Positions 10,345 to 21,244 of a DNA stretch of 64,000 bases are shown piece after piece. This DNA is from an uncultured Actinomycetota bacterium (lineage in GTDB: Bacteria; Actinomycetota; Actinomycetes; Propionibacteriales; Nocardioidaceae). Made by a program: the position numbers and the translations under genes. The DNA is taken from positions 9,827 through 73,826 of the forward strand of contig CAVUNB010000015.1 of NCBI GenBank assembly GCA_963742685.1, in the 5' to 3' direction. Numbering within the stretch: position 1 is the stretch's first letter; each line of letters opens with the position of its first letter. The notes under the pieces are model-generated. The model made no database searches. It worked only from the letters and a program-made list of their open reading frames with translations, and had not been told where the DNA came from.

Positions 10345-10917
10345 ATGCCCAAGATCGCGGCCGACTCGGTGGCCGCTCACCGGATCGAGGTCCGGCAGCG
10401 GATCTTCGGCGCCTTCGCGCGCCTGATGGGCGAGCACAGCTTCGAGGGCATCACCATGGCCCAGATCGCGGCCGAGGCCGGGATCGGCCGCACCACGATC
10501 TACCACCACTTCGCCGATCGCGAGGCGATCGTGGTCGGCTTCGCCAGCCACGAGACCGACCGCTACCTCGCCAGGCTGCGCGACGAGCTCGACGACGACA
10601 CCAGCGCCGAGCAGCAGCTGCGGACCTACGTCCGTCACCACCTCGTTGCCGGTGCCGACTTCCACATGGGGCTCGGGCCCCAGCTGTACGGGCTGTTGAG
10701 CGAGCCGTCGCGCGGCGAGATCCGCGAGCACGTGGTCGCCGTGGAGACGGTGCTGCGCGACATCATCGAGGCAGGCATGGAAGCCGGTGAGTTCACCCGG
10801 TCCGACGTGCCGGCGACGATGTCGCTGATCCATGCGTGCCTGAGTCCGCGACACCTGCCGGCCGACGAGGTCGAGCAGTTCGTGCTCAACGCCCTGCAGG
10901 CGCCGGCCGACAGGTAG
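10345..10917 (+). CDS. TetR family transcriptional regulator
   Basis: MPKIAADSVAAHR...ITMAQIAAEAGIGRTTIYHHF helix-turn-helix. Confidence 0.9.
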   Translation: MPKIAADSVAAHRIEVRQRIFGAFARLMGEHSFEGITMAQIAAEAGIGRTTIYHHFADREAIVVGFASHETDRYLARLRDELDDDTSAEQQLRTYVRHHLVAGADFHMGLGPQLYGLLSEPSRGEIREHVVAVETVLRDIIEAGMEAGEFTRSDVPATMSLIHACLSPRHLPADEVEQFVLNALQAPADR

Positions 10918-10929
10918 CCGCGGGTCAGG

Positions 10930-12381
10930 TCAGCGCTTGACCCGGAACTTCTCCACGGTCTTCGACGCCTCGATGCCGTCGGCGCCGAGGAAGCGGACCG
11001 TGAGGGTGTAGCCACCCGGCGCGAGCTTCGGCAGCTTCACGACGACCTTGCCGTCCTCGACCGTCACGGTGCGCTTGATCTTCTTCGCACCCTTCTTCTT
11101 CAGCACCACCACGGCCTCGCCGTCGACCTGGTCCGCACCGGCGACCTTGACGACGAGCTTGCCGCCCTTCGCGGTCGTCGGCAGCTTCTTCACCGTGGCC
11201 TTGGTCGTGGTCACGGTCGGCGCGACCGGGGTCGCAGTCACGGTCGGCGACGGGGTCGCCGACGGAGTGGGCGTGGCCGTCGGCGTCGGCGTCGGAGTCG
11301 GAGTCGCGGTCTGCTTCAGGGCCGCCCAGTCGATCGTCAGCGGGGTCTCGGTGTCCTGGCTGACGGTGGAGTGGGTGTGCGCACGCCAGGTGTAGACCGA
11401 GTAGGACCTGGTCGGGTCGAGCTTGGCCGTCTCGGCGGTCATGGCCGTGGTGAAGGCACTGGCCTGGATCTGGCCGGGCACCACGTAGGCCGCGGCCGCG
11501 AAGGACGCCATCCCGGCCTGGCTGCTCACGTCCGGCAACCCGCCGGCGGGTGCGATCCCGGCGTAGACACCGGCGTCGCCGGGGTTGGTGACGGCACTGA
11601 AGCCGGTGCCGCTCACGGAGACGGAGAGGCCATCGGCGTACGACGCACCGGTGATCGTCGCCGTCGTGGCGATCGGGTTGGCGGTGGCGGTGAAGGCTGC
11701 CGGGACCTTGTTCGGCTGCGGGTCGGCCGTGGCGTAGAAGTGCGCGCGGACCCCGGAGGCGAGCTGGCCGAGGAACGACGGCGCGAACGACCTGCCGGCG
11801 ATCGGTCGGTCGGCTGGAAGCCCGAGCGCCAGCGCCTCGTCGCTGCCGGCGGGCATCACGCCGTCCCAGTCGGGGGTGGCGGTCAGCGACTCGGCGTCCC
11901 AGCCCCCGGCGGTGTCGAAGGTGGTCACCACGACCCGCGCGGGGGCAGTCGAGTCGCTGGGCGCGGCATCGGTGCCGACGACCGAGGACACGACGGCGCT
12001 GATCCGGCCCGAGCCGTCTCCCTCGACGACCACGGTCGGGTCCTCGAGGGTGACGGCGTACTGCTGGACCTGGGTCGCGGGGTGGTTGAACGCACCCTTG
12101 ACCGAACCCTGGTAGCTGATCGTGGCCGCGCCGTTGGCGGGGTTGTAGGACCCCACGCCGCCCGCGAACGAGATGACGCCGTCGGCGTCCTCGGTCGCAC
12201 CGTCACCGAGCGTGTGGGAGGAAAGGTGGCCGTCGAACTGCTGGGAGATCTCCCAGTTGAAGACCGGCGCGACGGCCGCCTGGGCGGGCGCCGTCGCGGT
12301 GACGACCGCGAACGCACCGCCGACCAGGGCAACGGCGGCCGAACCGGCGACGAGGCGCCGGGTCGAGGTGTGGGTGGACAT
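10930..12381 (-). CDS. Secreted HtaA-like domain protein with Pro/Thr linker and Lys-rich Ig-like C-terminus
   Basis: Signal peptide ending AQA, FNWEISQQF...YQGSVKG...HFY, PT repeat; GAAAGGA RBS before ATG 12381. Confidence 0.65.
   Translation of the reverse strand: MSTHTSTRRLVAGSAAVALVGGAFAVVTATAPAQAAVAPVFNWEISQQFDGHLSSHTLGDGATEDADGVISFAGGVGSYNPANGAATISYQGSVKGAFNHPATQVQQYAVTLEDPTVVVEGDGSGRISAVVSSVVGTDAAPSDSTAPARVVVTTFDTAGGWDAESLTATPDWDGVMPAGSDEALALGLPADRPIAGRSFAPSFLGQLASGVRAHFYATADPQPNKVPAAFTATANPIATTATITGASYADGLSVSVSGTGFSAVTNPGDAGVYAGIAPAGGLPDVSSQAGMASFAAAAYVVPGQIQASAFTTAMTAETAKLDPTRSYSVYTWRAHTHSTVSQDTETPLTIDWAALKQTATPTPTPTPTATPTPSATPSPTVTATPVAPTVTTTKATVKKLPTTAKGGKLVVKVAGADQVDGEAVVVLKKKGAKKIKRTVTVEDGKVVVKLPKLAPGGYTLTVRFLGADGIEASKTVEKFRVKR
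11221..11310 (-). repeat. Low-complexity (Pro-Thr)n coding linker
   Basis: Tandem cggcgt/cggagt units encoding TATPTPTPTPTATPTPSATPSPTVTATP. Confidence 0.8.
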
Positions 12382-12395
12382 GTGGGGTGTTCCTT

Positions 12396-13641
12396 TCATC
12401 GGGTTTGATGCTGAGGTCTGGGCCGCGTGGGCACGAGCGAGATCAGTGCCGCCGCGAGGAGGAGCGCGCCGCCGAGCCACCAGAGCCGGTCGGACCCCTG
12501 TGTCGGTACGGCGGACGAGTCGGCCGACTCCACCTGCGCAGCCACGAGCACGACCGGCGCCGGGGCGGGCCCGGAGAAGGCGACCGCGACCGGTGGTGGC
12601 GGCGACGGGAGACCGACGGTCGACACCGGGGCGGCCACGGGCACGGCGGCGGTCGGGGCAGCCGTCGGGGTCGGGGAGGACGTCCCCGTGCTCGTTCTCG
12701 TGGGCGTCGGCGACTTCGTCTGCTTCGGCGGTGCCGGCGCCGAGTTGGTCACCGTCGGCGCCTTCGTCGGCGCGCCGGTGACAGCCGGGGCCGCCGCGCT
12801 GGGCGCCGTGGTCGGCGTCGGCGCGGCCGGGTCGGCGGGACTCGGCAGGTGGAGGCTGATCGGCAGGGGCACCTTGGCCGCGTCGGTGCTGCCGCCGCTG
12901 GCCCTCCAGAACGCGGCCGTGCCCAGCTGTTCCTGGAAGGCGACGAACGACTGCGGGAACGACCCCGGGTAGGCCGGCGTCACCGTGATCGACGTCGACG
13001 CCAGGTCGAACGCCGGCAGGTCGGCGAGCACGACCCGCACCGGCGGGACCGGTTCCCACTTCGTCGGGTCCTCCAGCGAGGACGCGTAGCCCCCGAGCGT
13101 CGCCGTCACCCGCGCGGTGCCGGTCGGCCACCTCGAGGGCGGGGTCGGCGACGGTGAAGAACGACATGCCGGAGTAGAAGACGACCGTGAACGAACCGGC
13201 CCACGTGACGCTCGCGGTGCCAGCCGCGGCATCGACCGAGCCGACACCGCCGCCCAGGACGACCTCGTGGTTGCTGTAGCGGCCGGACGTGGGGCTGCCC
13301 AGCGGCTGGCCGGCGCTGTCGGTGGAGAGTCCCTCCCACGTCGCCGGACCCCAGGCACCGCCGAGGAACTTCTCGATGCTGACCGCGCCGTCCACCTGCT
13401 TCCACGACGACTTCGGCAGCTTGCTGCCGCCCTTGCCCGGGTTGGGCACGACCCCGGCCGAGAGGAAGTTGTAGGTGCCGGGAGCGTGCGCCGCGTTGTT
13501 CGACTCGTTGTTGATCCCCCACCGCAGGACCGCGTTGCTCACTGCGCGAGGTCCGGTGGTGTCGTCCGCGGCGGCACCCGGTGCGAGGAGCGCGCCGACG
13601 CAGGTGAGCAGCACCAGGAGCGCGGCGAGTCGGCTACGCAC
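12396..13641 (-). CDS. Secreted, C-terminally anchored HtaA-like domain protein; frameshift near 13125
   Basis: Signal peptide, LRWGINNES, WAGSFTVVFYSG; continues in ORF 12396..13358 to a Pro/Thr linker and [15 protein letters not shown]. Confidence 0.6.
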
Positions 13642-14715
13642 GGGCCGACCTCCGCCTGGCGAGGAGCAGCCGGGCCAGTGCGAGGACGAGCACGACGGCC
13701 GAGCCGGCGACGAACAGCACCGCTGCCTGGTTGTCGGGCTCGTCCTCGTCGGCCAGCACGGCTGCGGCCTCCGGTGAGAGCAGCCCGGTCACCGGGAAGT
13801 TCACGGCCGGGGCTCGGGCGCCGACGAGCCGCAGCCTGTGCGTGCCCGGCCCGATGTCGGACGGGATCGAGATGATGCCGGCGAGCGTGCCGTCGGTCCC
13901 GACGGTCAGCGGTCCGGCGGCGGCCGCCCCGTCGTCGAGGGTCGCGGTCAGCTGGCGGCCGGGGGTGAGTCCGCGGGCCGTGAACGAGAGCACTGCGCCG
14001 GCCCGCGCGGACTTGCGGTCCACGCTGAGCGACGGCTTGCCGACCGGGCCGGGTGGCGACGGACGGCTGGGCCGCAACCGGGGAGGACCCTGCGGAGGCC
14101 TCCGACGAGGGACTGCTCGATGGCGCCGGGTCGGCCGTCGGCGACGGTTCGCCTGCGGCGTACATCGACTCGACCCGGACGGGCGTGAAGGTCTCGTTGG
14201 GTGCGCTGGTGACGCCGTGTGCGCCGATCGTGATGATCCCGCAGGTGACCTTGCGGCAGTCGACGGTGCGGACGTCGTTGTTGCGGTCGACGGCCTCGAA
14301 CACCGCGCCCGGCACGGTGATCGTGGTGCTGACACGACCCGGCGTTGCTCATGGTGCCGCCGTTGGCGGACGCCGCGGTGTCCGAGCCGGGGAACGCCAC
14401 GAAGCGCTGGTAGCCCGGCGTTGTTCCTGCCCTCCGAGTCGGGGACGTAGAGGTAGTCGCGCCCGGTCTGGCCGCCCGCGCTGGGCCGCCAGCCGTCGCT
14501 GACGGTGCCGAAGAAGACGTAGACGCCGCCGTGGCCGTTGCGCACGGACTGGAAGCCGCTGGCGTCGACCGTCAGCGCCGTGGCGTAGGTCGGGTCGATC
14601 ACGGCGCGCCCTGCGCGTTGGCGACGGTGACCCGGGACGCGGCGTGGGCAGGCGCGGTGAACGTCAGTCCAGCCGCGGCGAGGAGCAGGGCTCCGAGGAT
14701 GCGGGTGGTCGTCAT
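13634..14715 (-). CDS. Secreted, C-terminally anchored surface protein of the heme operon; several frameshifts
   Basis: [19 protein letters not shown] signal, [36 protein letters not shown] plus basic tail. Confidence 0.6.
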
Positions 14716-15526
14716 GCGGGCACCTCCGTGCCGGTGGTGAGGCGCCGGCGTACGGGCAGCACGACGAGCTGGCCGGACATCTCGACCACCTCGACCGGGT
14801 GGTCGTAGACCTCGCTGAGCAGCTCGCCGGTCGAGCACGTGCCCGGGCCGGCCGTCGGCGGCGACGCGGCCGTTCGGCCAGCACGGCAGACGCGATCGGC
14901 GTACGCCGCAGCGAGCGACAGGTCGTGCAGCACGACGACCACGGCCGACGCCGGCCCGGCGCGACATGCTCGCGCCACGCCGAGCAGGGCCTCCTGGTGC
15001 CGCACGTCGAGGGCAGCGGTGGGCTCGTCGAGCAGCAGCACGGGCGCGTCCTGGGCGAGCACGCGGGCGAAGGCGACGCGCGCCTGCTCGCCACCGGAGA
15101 GCGTCGGGTAGACGCGGTCGGCCAGCGTGCGTCACGTCGGCTGCTGCATCGAGCGCGCGGACGACCACGCGTCGTCGTCGGCCTCGGCGGTCGGTGCGGT
15201 ACCACGGCGCCCGGCCCATCCGGACGACGGCCTCGACCCGGAAGCCGAAGGCCAGCGTCTGCTGCTGGAGCAGCACGACCGCGCGCCGGGCGAGCTCGGA
15301 CGCGCGCAGGTGCGCCGAGCGGGCGACGCGTCGAGGGCGACCTCGGCCCGCGTCAGGGGCCGAGGTCGCCGGCGAGGACGCCGAGCAGCGTCGACTTGCC
15401 GGCGCCGTTGGGCCCGACGAGCGCGACGACCTCACCCGCGCGCGACGGCCAGGTCGACCCGCGTCCAGGATCTGGTTGCCGCCGAGCTCGACGCTGACCC
15501 CGGTGGCGACTGATGGTGTGGCTCAT
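14712..15526 (-). CDS. hmuV: Heme ABC transporter ATP-binding subunit; heavily frameshifted
   Basis: [17 protein letters not shown] (manual reading), [24 protein letters not shown]. Confidence 0.8.
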
Positions 15527-16621
15527 GCCCAGCCACCCGCCGTACGACGCGCGCGGCGCAGCAGCCAGAAGAAGACCGGGCCGCCGACCAGCGAGGTGAG
15601 CATGCCGATCGGCAGGTCGGCGTAGTCGACGGCCGTGCGCGCCCACAGGTCGGCGAGGACCAGGAGCAGCGCGCCGCCGAGGGCGCTCGCCGGCACCAGC
15701 ACGCGGTGGCCCGGCCCGACCACCATCCGCATCAGGTGCGGGACGACCAGGCCGACGAAGGCGATGATCGCCGCAGAACGCGACGGCGGCCGACGGTGAG
15801 CAGCGGCGACCACGACGATCGTCGTCAGCCGCAGCCGCTCGACGTCGACGCCGAGGTGCCGGGCGGCCCGGTCGCCGAGCGCGAGCAGGTCGAGCTGGCG
15901 GGCAGCACGAGGATCGCCGCGACGAGTCCGACGGCGGCCATCGGGAAGACGATCCGACGACGTGCTCCCAGCGCGAGCCGTTGAGGCTGCCCAGCGTCCA
16001 GAAGACGATCTCCTCGCGGGCCTGCTGGTCGCCGAGGAACATCAGGAAGGCGATGCCGGCGCTGGCGATCGCGTTGACCGCGATGCCGGTGAGCACGAGC
16101 GTCACGACCTCGGTGCGGCCGCCGTCGCGGGAGAGCGCGTAGACGAGCAGCGTGGTGACCAGGCCGGTCGGCGAAGGCCGCGCACGGCGACGGTCCAGGC
16201 GCCGGCGAAGGTCCAGCCGAAGACGATCGACCGACGCCGCGCCGACCGCCGCACCGGAGGAGACGCCGACCACGCCGGGCTCGGCGAGCGGGTTGCCGAA
16301 CACGCCCTGCATCAGCGCACCGGCAGTGGCGAGCGCGGCGCCGGCGAGCATCGCCATCACCACGCGCGGGAACCGCACCTGCCACAGCGTGTTCTCGCCC
16401 TGCGGATGGGTCGGCAGCGGGCCCGACGTCGAGGCCGATCCGGTGCAGCACCGAGCCGAGCACCTCGTCGGCTGGGATGTCGAAGCTGGCCGCGTGCCGG
16501 CCGCGAAGAGCACGCAGCGCCACGACGCCGACGACGAGCAGCACGAGCAGGCGGCGACCACGGCCGAGAGTTCGTCGCGACCGGCGCCGACGCGGCCGCC
16601 GGCGCGGTCGTCGGTCGTCAT
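15523..16621 (-). CDS. hmuU: FecCD-family heme ABC permease; frameshifted
   Basis: RFPRVVMA, FGNPLAEPGVVGVSSGA, IAFVGLVVPH, LPIGMLTSLVGGPVF. Confidence 0.85.
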
Positions 16622-17741
16622 CGAGACGGCCTCCGGGGCGTAGACGGCGACGCGCCAGCGCGTTGAGCACGTCGGCGGTGAGCGGGCCGAAGCCGAGGAT
16701 CTGCGAGTCGTCCATGTCCACGAACCGGCGGTGCTGCCCGGCCGGGGTCTGGGCCAGGGCCGGCACGCGGTCGAGCAGCCCGTCGACTCCGCCCGGCCGA
16801 CTCCAGGCCGCCTTGGTCATCAGCAGGACCAGGTCGGGCTGGGCCGCGACGATGCCCTCGGCGGTGAGCGGCCGCATGCCCGGCCAGCCGATCTCCTCGG
16901 CGACGTCGTAGCGCGCCGAGCGCGTCGATCAGCGAGTCGGCTCCGGAGCCCTCGCCGAACAGGTAGTAGACGCCGGCCTGGCCGCGCACGTAGAGGAAGA
17001 CCGTGCGGAGCCTGTCCCCTCGGCGCTGGGTGCGACCTGGGCGATCTCGGCCTCGGGCCTGTCGTATCGTCGCCCGCGATCCGCTCCGCCAGCTGCACAC
17101 CGGCGTCGGGCACCCCGAGGGCCGCGCCACGTCGCGCGGTGAGCGACTCGACGTTGTCGAGGCTGCGGTCGCGCGTCGACGCACCACAACCGGGATGCCG
17201 GCGTCGCGGACCTGGAGGAGCACGTCCCACGGGCCGAGCGTGGTGTCGGTGATGACCACGGTCGGGTCGAGCTCCAGGATCGACTCGGCGTTCAGGTCGT
17301 GGCCGCCCGAGCGTGACCAGCGGCAGGTCCGCGGCCTCGTCGAACTGGGTGGAGATGTCGCGGCCGACGACCGTTGTCGCCGAGGCCGAGCTCGAAGACG
17401 GTGCGGGCGAGCGTGCCGGAGACGTCGAGCGCAAGGATCCGGTCCGCGTCGTTGACCGTGACCTCGGTGCCCTGGGCGTCGGTGACCTCGACGGGCAGCC
17501 TCGGGGCCGTCGACCCCACGGCATCGACCGGCTGGGGTCCGAGCTCCGCGATCGCCTCGCCCTGCCACGCCCGCGGATCCCTCAGCGGCGTCACGTCGAC
17601 CAGTCGAGGGGCGGCCGCACCGGCAGCGCGGTCGTCGCCCGCCTCGGCGCCGGCCTTCGCCGACCCCAGTCCGCACCCGGCCAGGACCAGGCAGGCGAGC
17701 ACGGCAAGCAACCCGTGCGCGGCACTCTGCTGGACCTTCAT
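16618..17741 (-). CDS. hmuT: Heme ABC transporter substrate-binding lipoprotein; frameshifted
   Basis: LAGC lipobox, GHDLNAESIL, FLYVRGQAGVYYLFGEGSGADSLI, RPLTAEGIV as in corynebacterial HmuT. Confidence 0.85.
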
Positions 17742-17762
17742 CCCATTTCCCTCGATCACTAC

Positions 17763-17796
17763 TTAGGTGAGCCTAACCAATGTTAGGGTCACCTTA
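17763..17796. promoter_or_regulatory. Two overlapping IdeR/DtxR iron boxes in the hmuT-hmuO divergon
   Basis: TTAGGTGAGCCTAACCAAT (17763-17781) matches TTAGGTTAGCCTAACCTAA at 16/19; a second box on the minus strand at 17796-17778 matches at 13/19. Confidence 0.88.
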
Positions 17797-17814
17797 GAAC
17801 ATGGTCGCGCCTTC

Positions 17815-17850
17815 TTGACAAATTGTCATCATCTTTCTGACACTTTGTTC
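17815..17850 (+). promoter_or_regulatory. Palindromic operator TGACAAATTGTCA overlapping a TTGACA hexamer upstream of hmuO, with a weaker second copy
   Basis: Perfect dyad at 17816-17828; TGACACTTTGTT begins 22 bp downstream at 17838. Confidence 0.6.
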
Positions 17851-17875
17851 ACAACCCACTTCTTCAGGAGTCTCC

Positions 17876-18529
17876 ATGTCCGTGCTCGTCCCCGAACTCG
17901 CCCTCTCCACTGCCATGCGGGAGGGGTCCCAGGCCGAGCACACCGCCGCCGAGAACTCCGGCTTCATGGCCGAGCTCCTCGCCGGCCGGGTCAACGCCCT
18001 CGGCTACGCCGACTACCTCCGCCGGCTGCGCTGCGTGTACGCCGCCATGGAGTCCGTCGGCCGCGACCTGGCCGACCACCCGGCGGTCGCGGCCGTCCGC
18101 GACGCCGACCTCGAGCGGCTCGCCGCGATCGACGCCGACCTCGACCACTGGGCCGGCGACGCTCCTCGCGAGACCGACAGCCCCGCTGCCCGGGCCTACG
18201 CCGAGCGCCTCGAGGCCACGCGTGCCAACCCGTTGCTGTTCGTCGGGCACCACTACACGCGCTACCTCGGCGACCTGTCCGGCGGCCAGGCGATCGGGCG
18301 CATCCTCGACCGCAGCTTCGAGCTCGACGGCGCCGGCATCGCGTTCTACGACTTCCCGGCGATCCCCAAGCCCAAGCCCTACAAGGATGGCTACCGCGCC
18401 CGCCTCGACGCGTTGCCGCTGACCGACGACGACAAGCGCGCGGTGGTCGACGAGGTGCGCGCGGCATTCGGCCTCAACCAGGCGCTCTTCGAGGAGCTCG
18501 GCACCAACCTCGCGGCGTACTCCCGCTGA
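17876..18529 (+). CDS. hmuO: Biliverdin-producing heme oxygenase
   Basis: EHTAAENSGFM, HHYTRYLGDLSGGQ, AFGLN. Confidence 0.95.
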   Translation: MSVLVPELALSTAMREGSQAEHTAAENSGFMAELLAGRVNALGYADYLRRLRCVYAAMESVGRDLADHPAVAAVRDADLERLAAIDADLDHWAGDAPRETDSPAARAYAERLEATRANPLLFVGHHYTRYLGDLSGGQAIGRILDRSFELDGAGIAFYDFPAIPKPKPYKDGYRARLDALPLTDDDKRAVVDEVRAAFGLNQALFEELGTNLAAYSR

Positions 18530-18544
18530 CCTAGGCTGGCGCTC

Positions 18545-19354
18545 ATGCGCATCCTCCTCACCGGCGCGGCCGGCTCACTCGGCCGCGTCCTCACGCTCGG
18601 CCTGTGCGATCTCGGCCACGAGGTGATCGGTCTCGACCTCGTCCCCGAGCCCGAGGGGTTCACCGGCCACTGGCACACGGCCGATTGCAGCGACCCGGAG
18701 GCCGTGCGGGCCGTCTTCGCCGAGGAGCGCCTCGACGCCGTCGTCCACATGGCCGGCCGGACTGATGAGACCGACCTCCCGGCCGAGCTGACGTCGCACG
18801 TCATCACCACCGCCGCACTGCTGGACTCGATGCTCGAGCACCGGGTGACGCGCATCGTCTACGCCGGCTCCAACCACGCGGTCGGCCGCACGCCCCGACG
18901 CGACCTCGTTTCCGGCTCCTTGAGCGATCAGGCCCTCCCCCGCGCCGACAGCTTCTACGGCGTCGCGAAGGTCGCGGCAGAGGCGCTCCTCCAGCTGTAC
19001 GCCGACCGCCACTCGATCGACGCCGTGAGCTGTCGCATCGGCAGCTTCCGGCACGAGCCGACCACGGCGCGCCACCTCGCGACCTGGCTCTCGCCCGACG
19101 ACGCGGTCCGGATGGTGGAGGCCGCGCTCACCACGCCCGCCCCGGGCTACGCCGTGCTCTACGGCATCAGCAACAACTCCGACGCCTGGTGGGACCTCGA
19201 GCCCGGACGCCGGCTCGGCTACGAGCCGCAGGACGACGCGGCCGCCTTCCACGACGAGATCTCGCCGCGCGACGAGGACGAGTTCGAGGCGTCGCTCGTC
19301 GGCGGCCCCTACGCCAGTGCCGAGTTCGAGCGCCCGGCGCTCGGCCTGCGCTGA
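18545..19354 (+). CDS. NAD-dependent epimerase/dehydrogenase, uronate dehydrogenase-like
   Basis: LTGAAGSLG, SNHAVG, YGVAK, RIGS, WLSPDD. Confidence 0.8.
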   Translation: MRILLTGAAGSLGRVLTLGLCDLGHEVIGLDLVPEPEGFTGHWHTADCSDPEAVRAVFAEERLDAVVHMAGRTDETDLPAELTSHVITTAALLDSMLEHRVTRIVYAGSNHAVGRTPRRDLVSGSLSDQALPRADSFYGVAKVAAEALLQLYADRHSIDAVSCRIGSFRHEPTTARHLATWLSPDDAVRMVEAALTTPAPGYAVLYGISNNSDAWWDLEPGRRLGYEPQDDAAAFHDEISPRDEDEFEASLVGGPYASAEFERPALGLR

Positions 19355-19359
19355 ACGAC

Positions 19360-21165
19360 GTGACCGACTCGCGCGGGACCTTCCTCGACCTGCTCTACAC
19401 CGGTGCGGCGCGGGCCGAGTTCGACCGGCTCGTCGAGGAGCAGCCCGAGCGCGCGGATGAGTACGACATCGCTCTGCGGCTGCGCGACCTGATCGCGCGC
19501 CACCGCGCGCGCGAGGCCGAGCTCTCCGCGCTCTACGAGACCGCCCACGACCTGACGGCCATCCGCGACCTCGACGAGATCCTCAGCGCCGTCGTCCGGC
19601 GCGCGCGACAGCTGCTCGGTGCCGACATGACCTACCTCTCGCTCAACGACGAGGTCGAGGGCGCGTCCTACATGAAGGTCACCGATGGTGCGCTGACCCG
19701 GGAGTTCAAGACGCTGCGGCTCCCGCTCGGAACTGGTCTGCTCGGGCTGGTCGCGCAGACCGGGGCTCCCTACTTCACGGAGGACTACCAGGCAGACAAG
19801 CGCTTCGTGCACCGCCACTACATCGACGACGCGGTGGCCGGTGAGCGGATCCGGGCGATCCTCGGCGTCCCGTTGCTCGTGGAGGGACGGGTGATCGGAG
19901 CGCTGCTCGCCGTCCACCGCTCCGTCCGCCGCTTTCCCGCCGAAGAGGTCTCGCTGCTGATGTCCTTCGCGGCTCACGCGTCGGTGGCGCTGGAGAACGC
20001 CCGGCTCTTCGCCCGGCTCGACGAGGCCAACCGGACGATCTCCGCCCACGCCTCCTCGGTGGAGGCGGCCGCGATGGCGCACGAGCGGATGACCGACCTG
20101 CTCCTCGCGGGTGGCGGCGTCGCCGAGGTCGTCGAGGTGCTTGCCCAGGTGCTCGGCGGGGATGTCGCCGCGTGGGACCCGAAGGGCCTGCTGCTCGCCG
20201 GCACCGACGTCGCGGACCGCGATCGCATCGTCGAGGCCGCCCGCGAGTCGGCCCGCTCGGGGCACGCGATCGAGGCCGACCGGGCCTGGGTCGCCGCTGC
20301 CGTCGCGGCGGGAGAACACGTGGCCACGGTCGTCCTCCACGGTCGCCCCACGGGTCTCGACGGCGTCGAGCAACGCACTCTCGAGCGAGGTGCGCTGGTG
20401 ACCGCGCTGGTCCTCGTCTTCGCGCGCAGCGTCGCGGAGGCCAGCGAGCGGCTCGGGACCCAGCTGCTGGTCGACCTGGTCGAGGGTCGCGAGCTCGACC
20501 CGGACCGCCTGCGCGAGCGTGCTCGGCGCCACACCTTCGATCCCGACGCCGAGCTCGTCCTCGCGACCGCGATCATCGACGGCGATCGCGGTGCCGCTGC
20601 CCGCGCCGCCTCCCGCCTCGCCGTCCAGCACCGCGGCATCTCCGCCGAGCACCACGGCGACCTGCTCGTGCTCGCGCCGGCCGCCGATGCGCTGGCCTTC
20701 GGCCGCTCCGTGCGCGAGGCGCTGGGCGAGCAGGCCACCGTCGGGGTGGCGGCGACCGTCGTCGGCGGGGTGCCTGCGGCGTACGACTCCGCGCGCCGCG
20801 CCGCCACCGCTCTTCGTGCCCTGGGTCGTACCGGCGACGTGGCCGACGACTCCTCCCTCGGCCTGGCCAGCCTGCTGCTCGGCGACGCCTCGCCCGACGC
20901 GGTCGCGCACTACATCGAGAGCGTCCTGGGCCCGGTCCTGGCCCACGACGCGAAGAGGGGTACGGCGCTGCTCGCCACCCTCGAGGCGTGGTTCGACCAC
21001 GCCGGCTCGATCGCGGCGACCGCCGAGGCCATGCACGTGCACGCCAACACCGTGAGCCAGCGGTTGGCCCGGATCGGCGAGCTGCTCGATCCGTCCTGGC
21101 GCGAGCCGGCACGGTCACTGGAGGCGCAGGTCGCGCTGCGGCTGCTCCGGCTGCAGAAACTGTGA
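19360..21165 (+). CDS. GAF-domain PucR/CdaR-family transcriptional regulator
   Basis: N-terminal GAF (LPLGTGLLG..AILGVPL..ALENARL) and C-terminal LLATLEAWF..TAEAMHVHANTVSQRL HTH. Confidence 0.88.
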   Translation: MTDSRGTFLDLLYTGAARAEFDRLVEEQPERADEYDIALRLRDLIARHRAREAELSALYETAHDLTAIRDLDEILSAVVRRARQLLGADMTYLSLNDEVEGASYMKVTDGALTREFKTLRLPLGTGLLGLVAQTGAPYFTEDYQADKRFVHRHYIDDAVAGERIRAILGVPLLVEGRVIGALLAVHRSVRRFPAEEVSLLMSFAAHASVALENARLFARLDEANRTISAHASSVEAAAMAHERMTDLLLAGGGVAEVVEVLAQVLGGDVAAWDPKGLLLAGTDVADRDRIVEAARESARSGHAIEADRAWVAAAVAAGEHVATVVLHGRPTGLDGVEQRTLERGALVTALVLVFARSVAEASERLGTQLLVDLVEGRELDPDRLRERARRHTFDPDAELVLATAIIDGDRGAAARAASRLAVQHRGISAEHHGDLLVLAPAADALAFGRSVREALGEQATVGVAATVVGGVPAAYDSARRAATALRALGRTGDVADDSSLGLASLLLGDASPDAVAHYIESVLGPVLAHDAKRGTALLATLEAWFDHAGSIAATAEAMHVHANTVSQRLARIGELLDPSWREPARSLEAQVALRLLRLQKL

Positions 21166-21209
21166 CACCAACACATGTTCAGAGCGAAAACATGGGCTGC
21201 CAACACATG
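21161..21209 (+). promoter_or_regulatory. Candidate PucR-family operator: direct repeat ccaacacatg, 32 bp apart
   Basis: Copies at 21168-21177 and 21200-21209, each within a TG(T/G)G-N7-CACA dyad, upstream of TAGCGT (21232) and bdh. Confidence 0.55.
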
Positions 21210-21244
21210 GCAGGTGGTGACAGGCTCCACCTAGCGTGAGCAAC

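Noticed and set aside
10930-13641. 903-aa ORF as a single giant HtaA fusion
   Set aside because: The middle is off-frame Arg/Pro/Gly-rich sequence caused by a frameshift near 13125, and a second RBS and signal peptide start at 12381. These are two genes.
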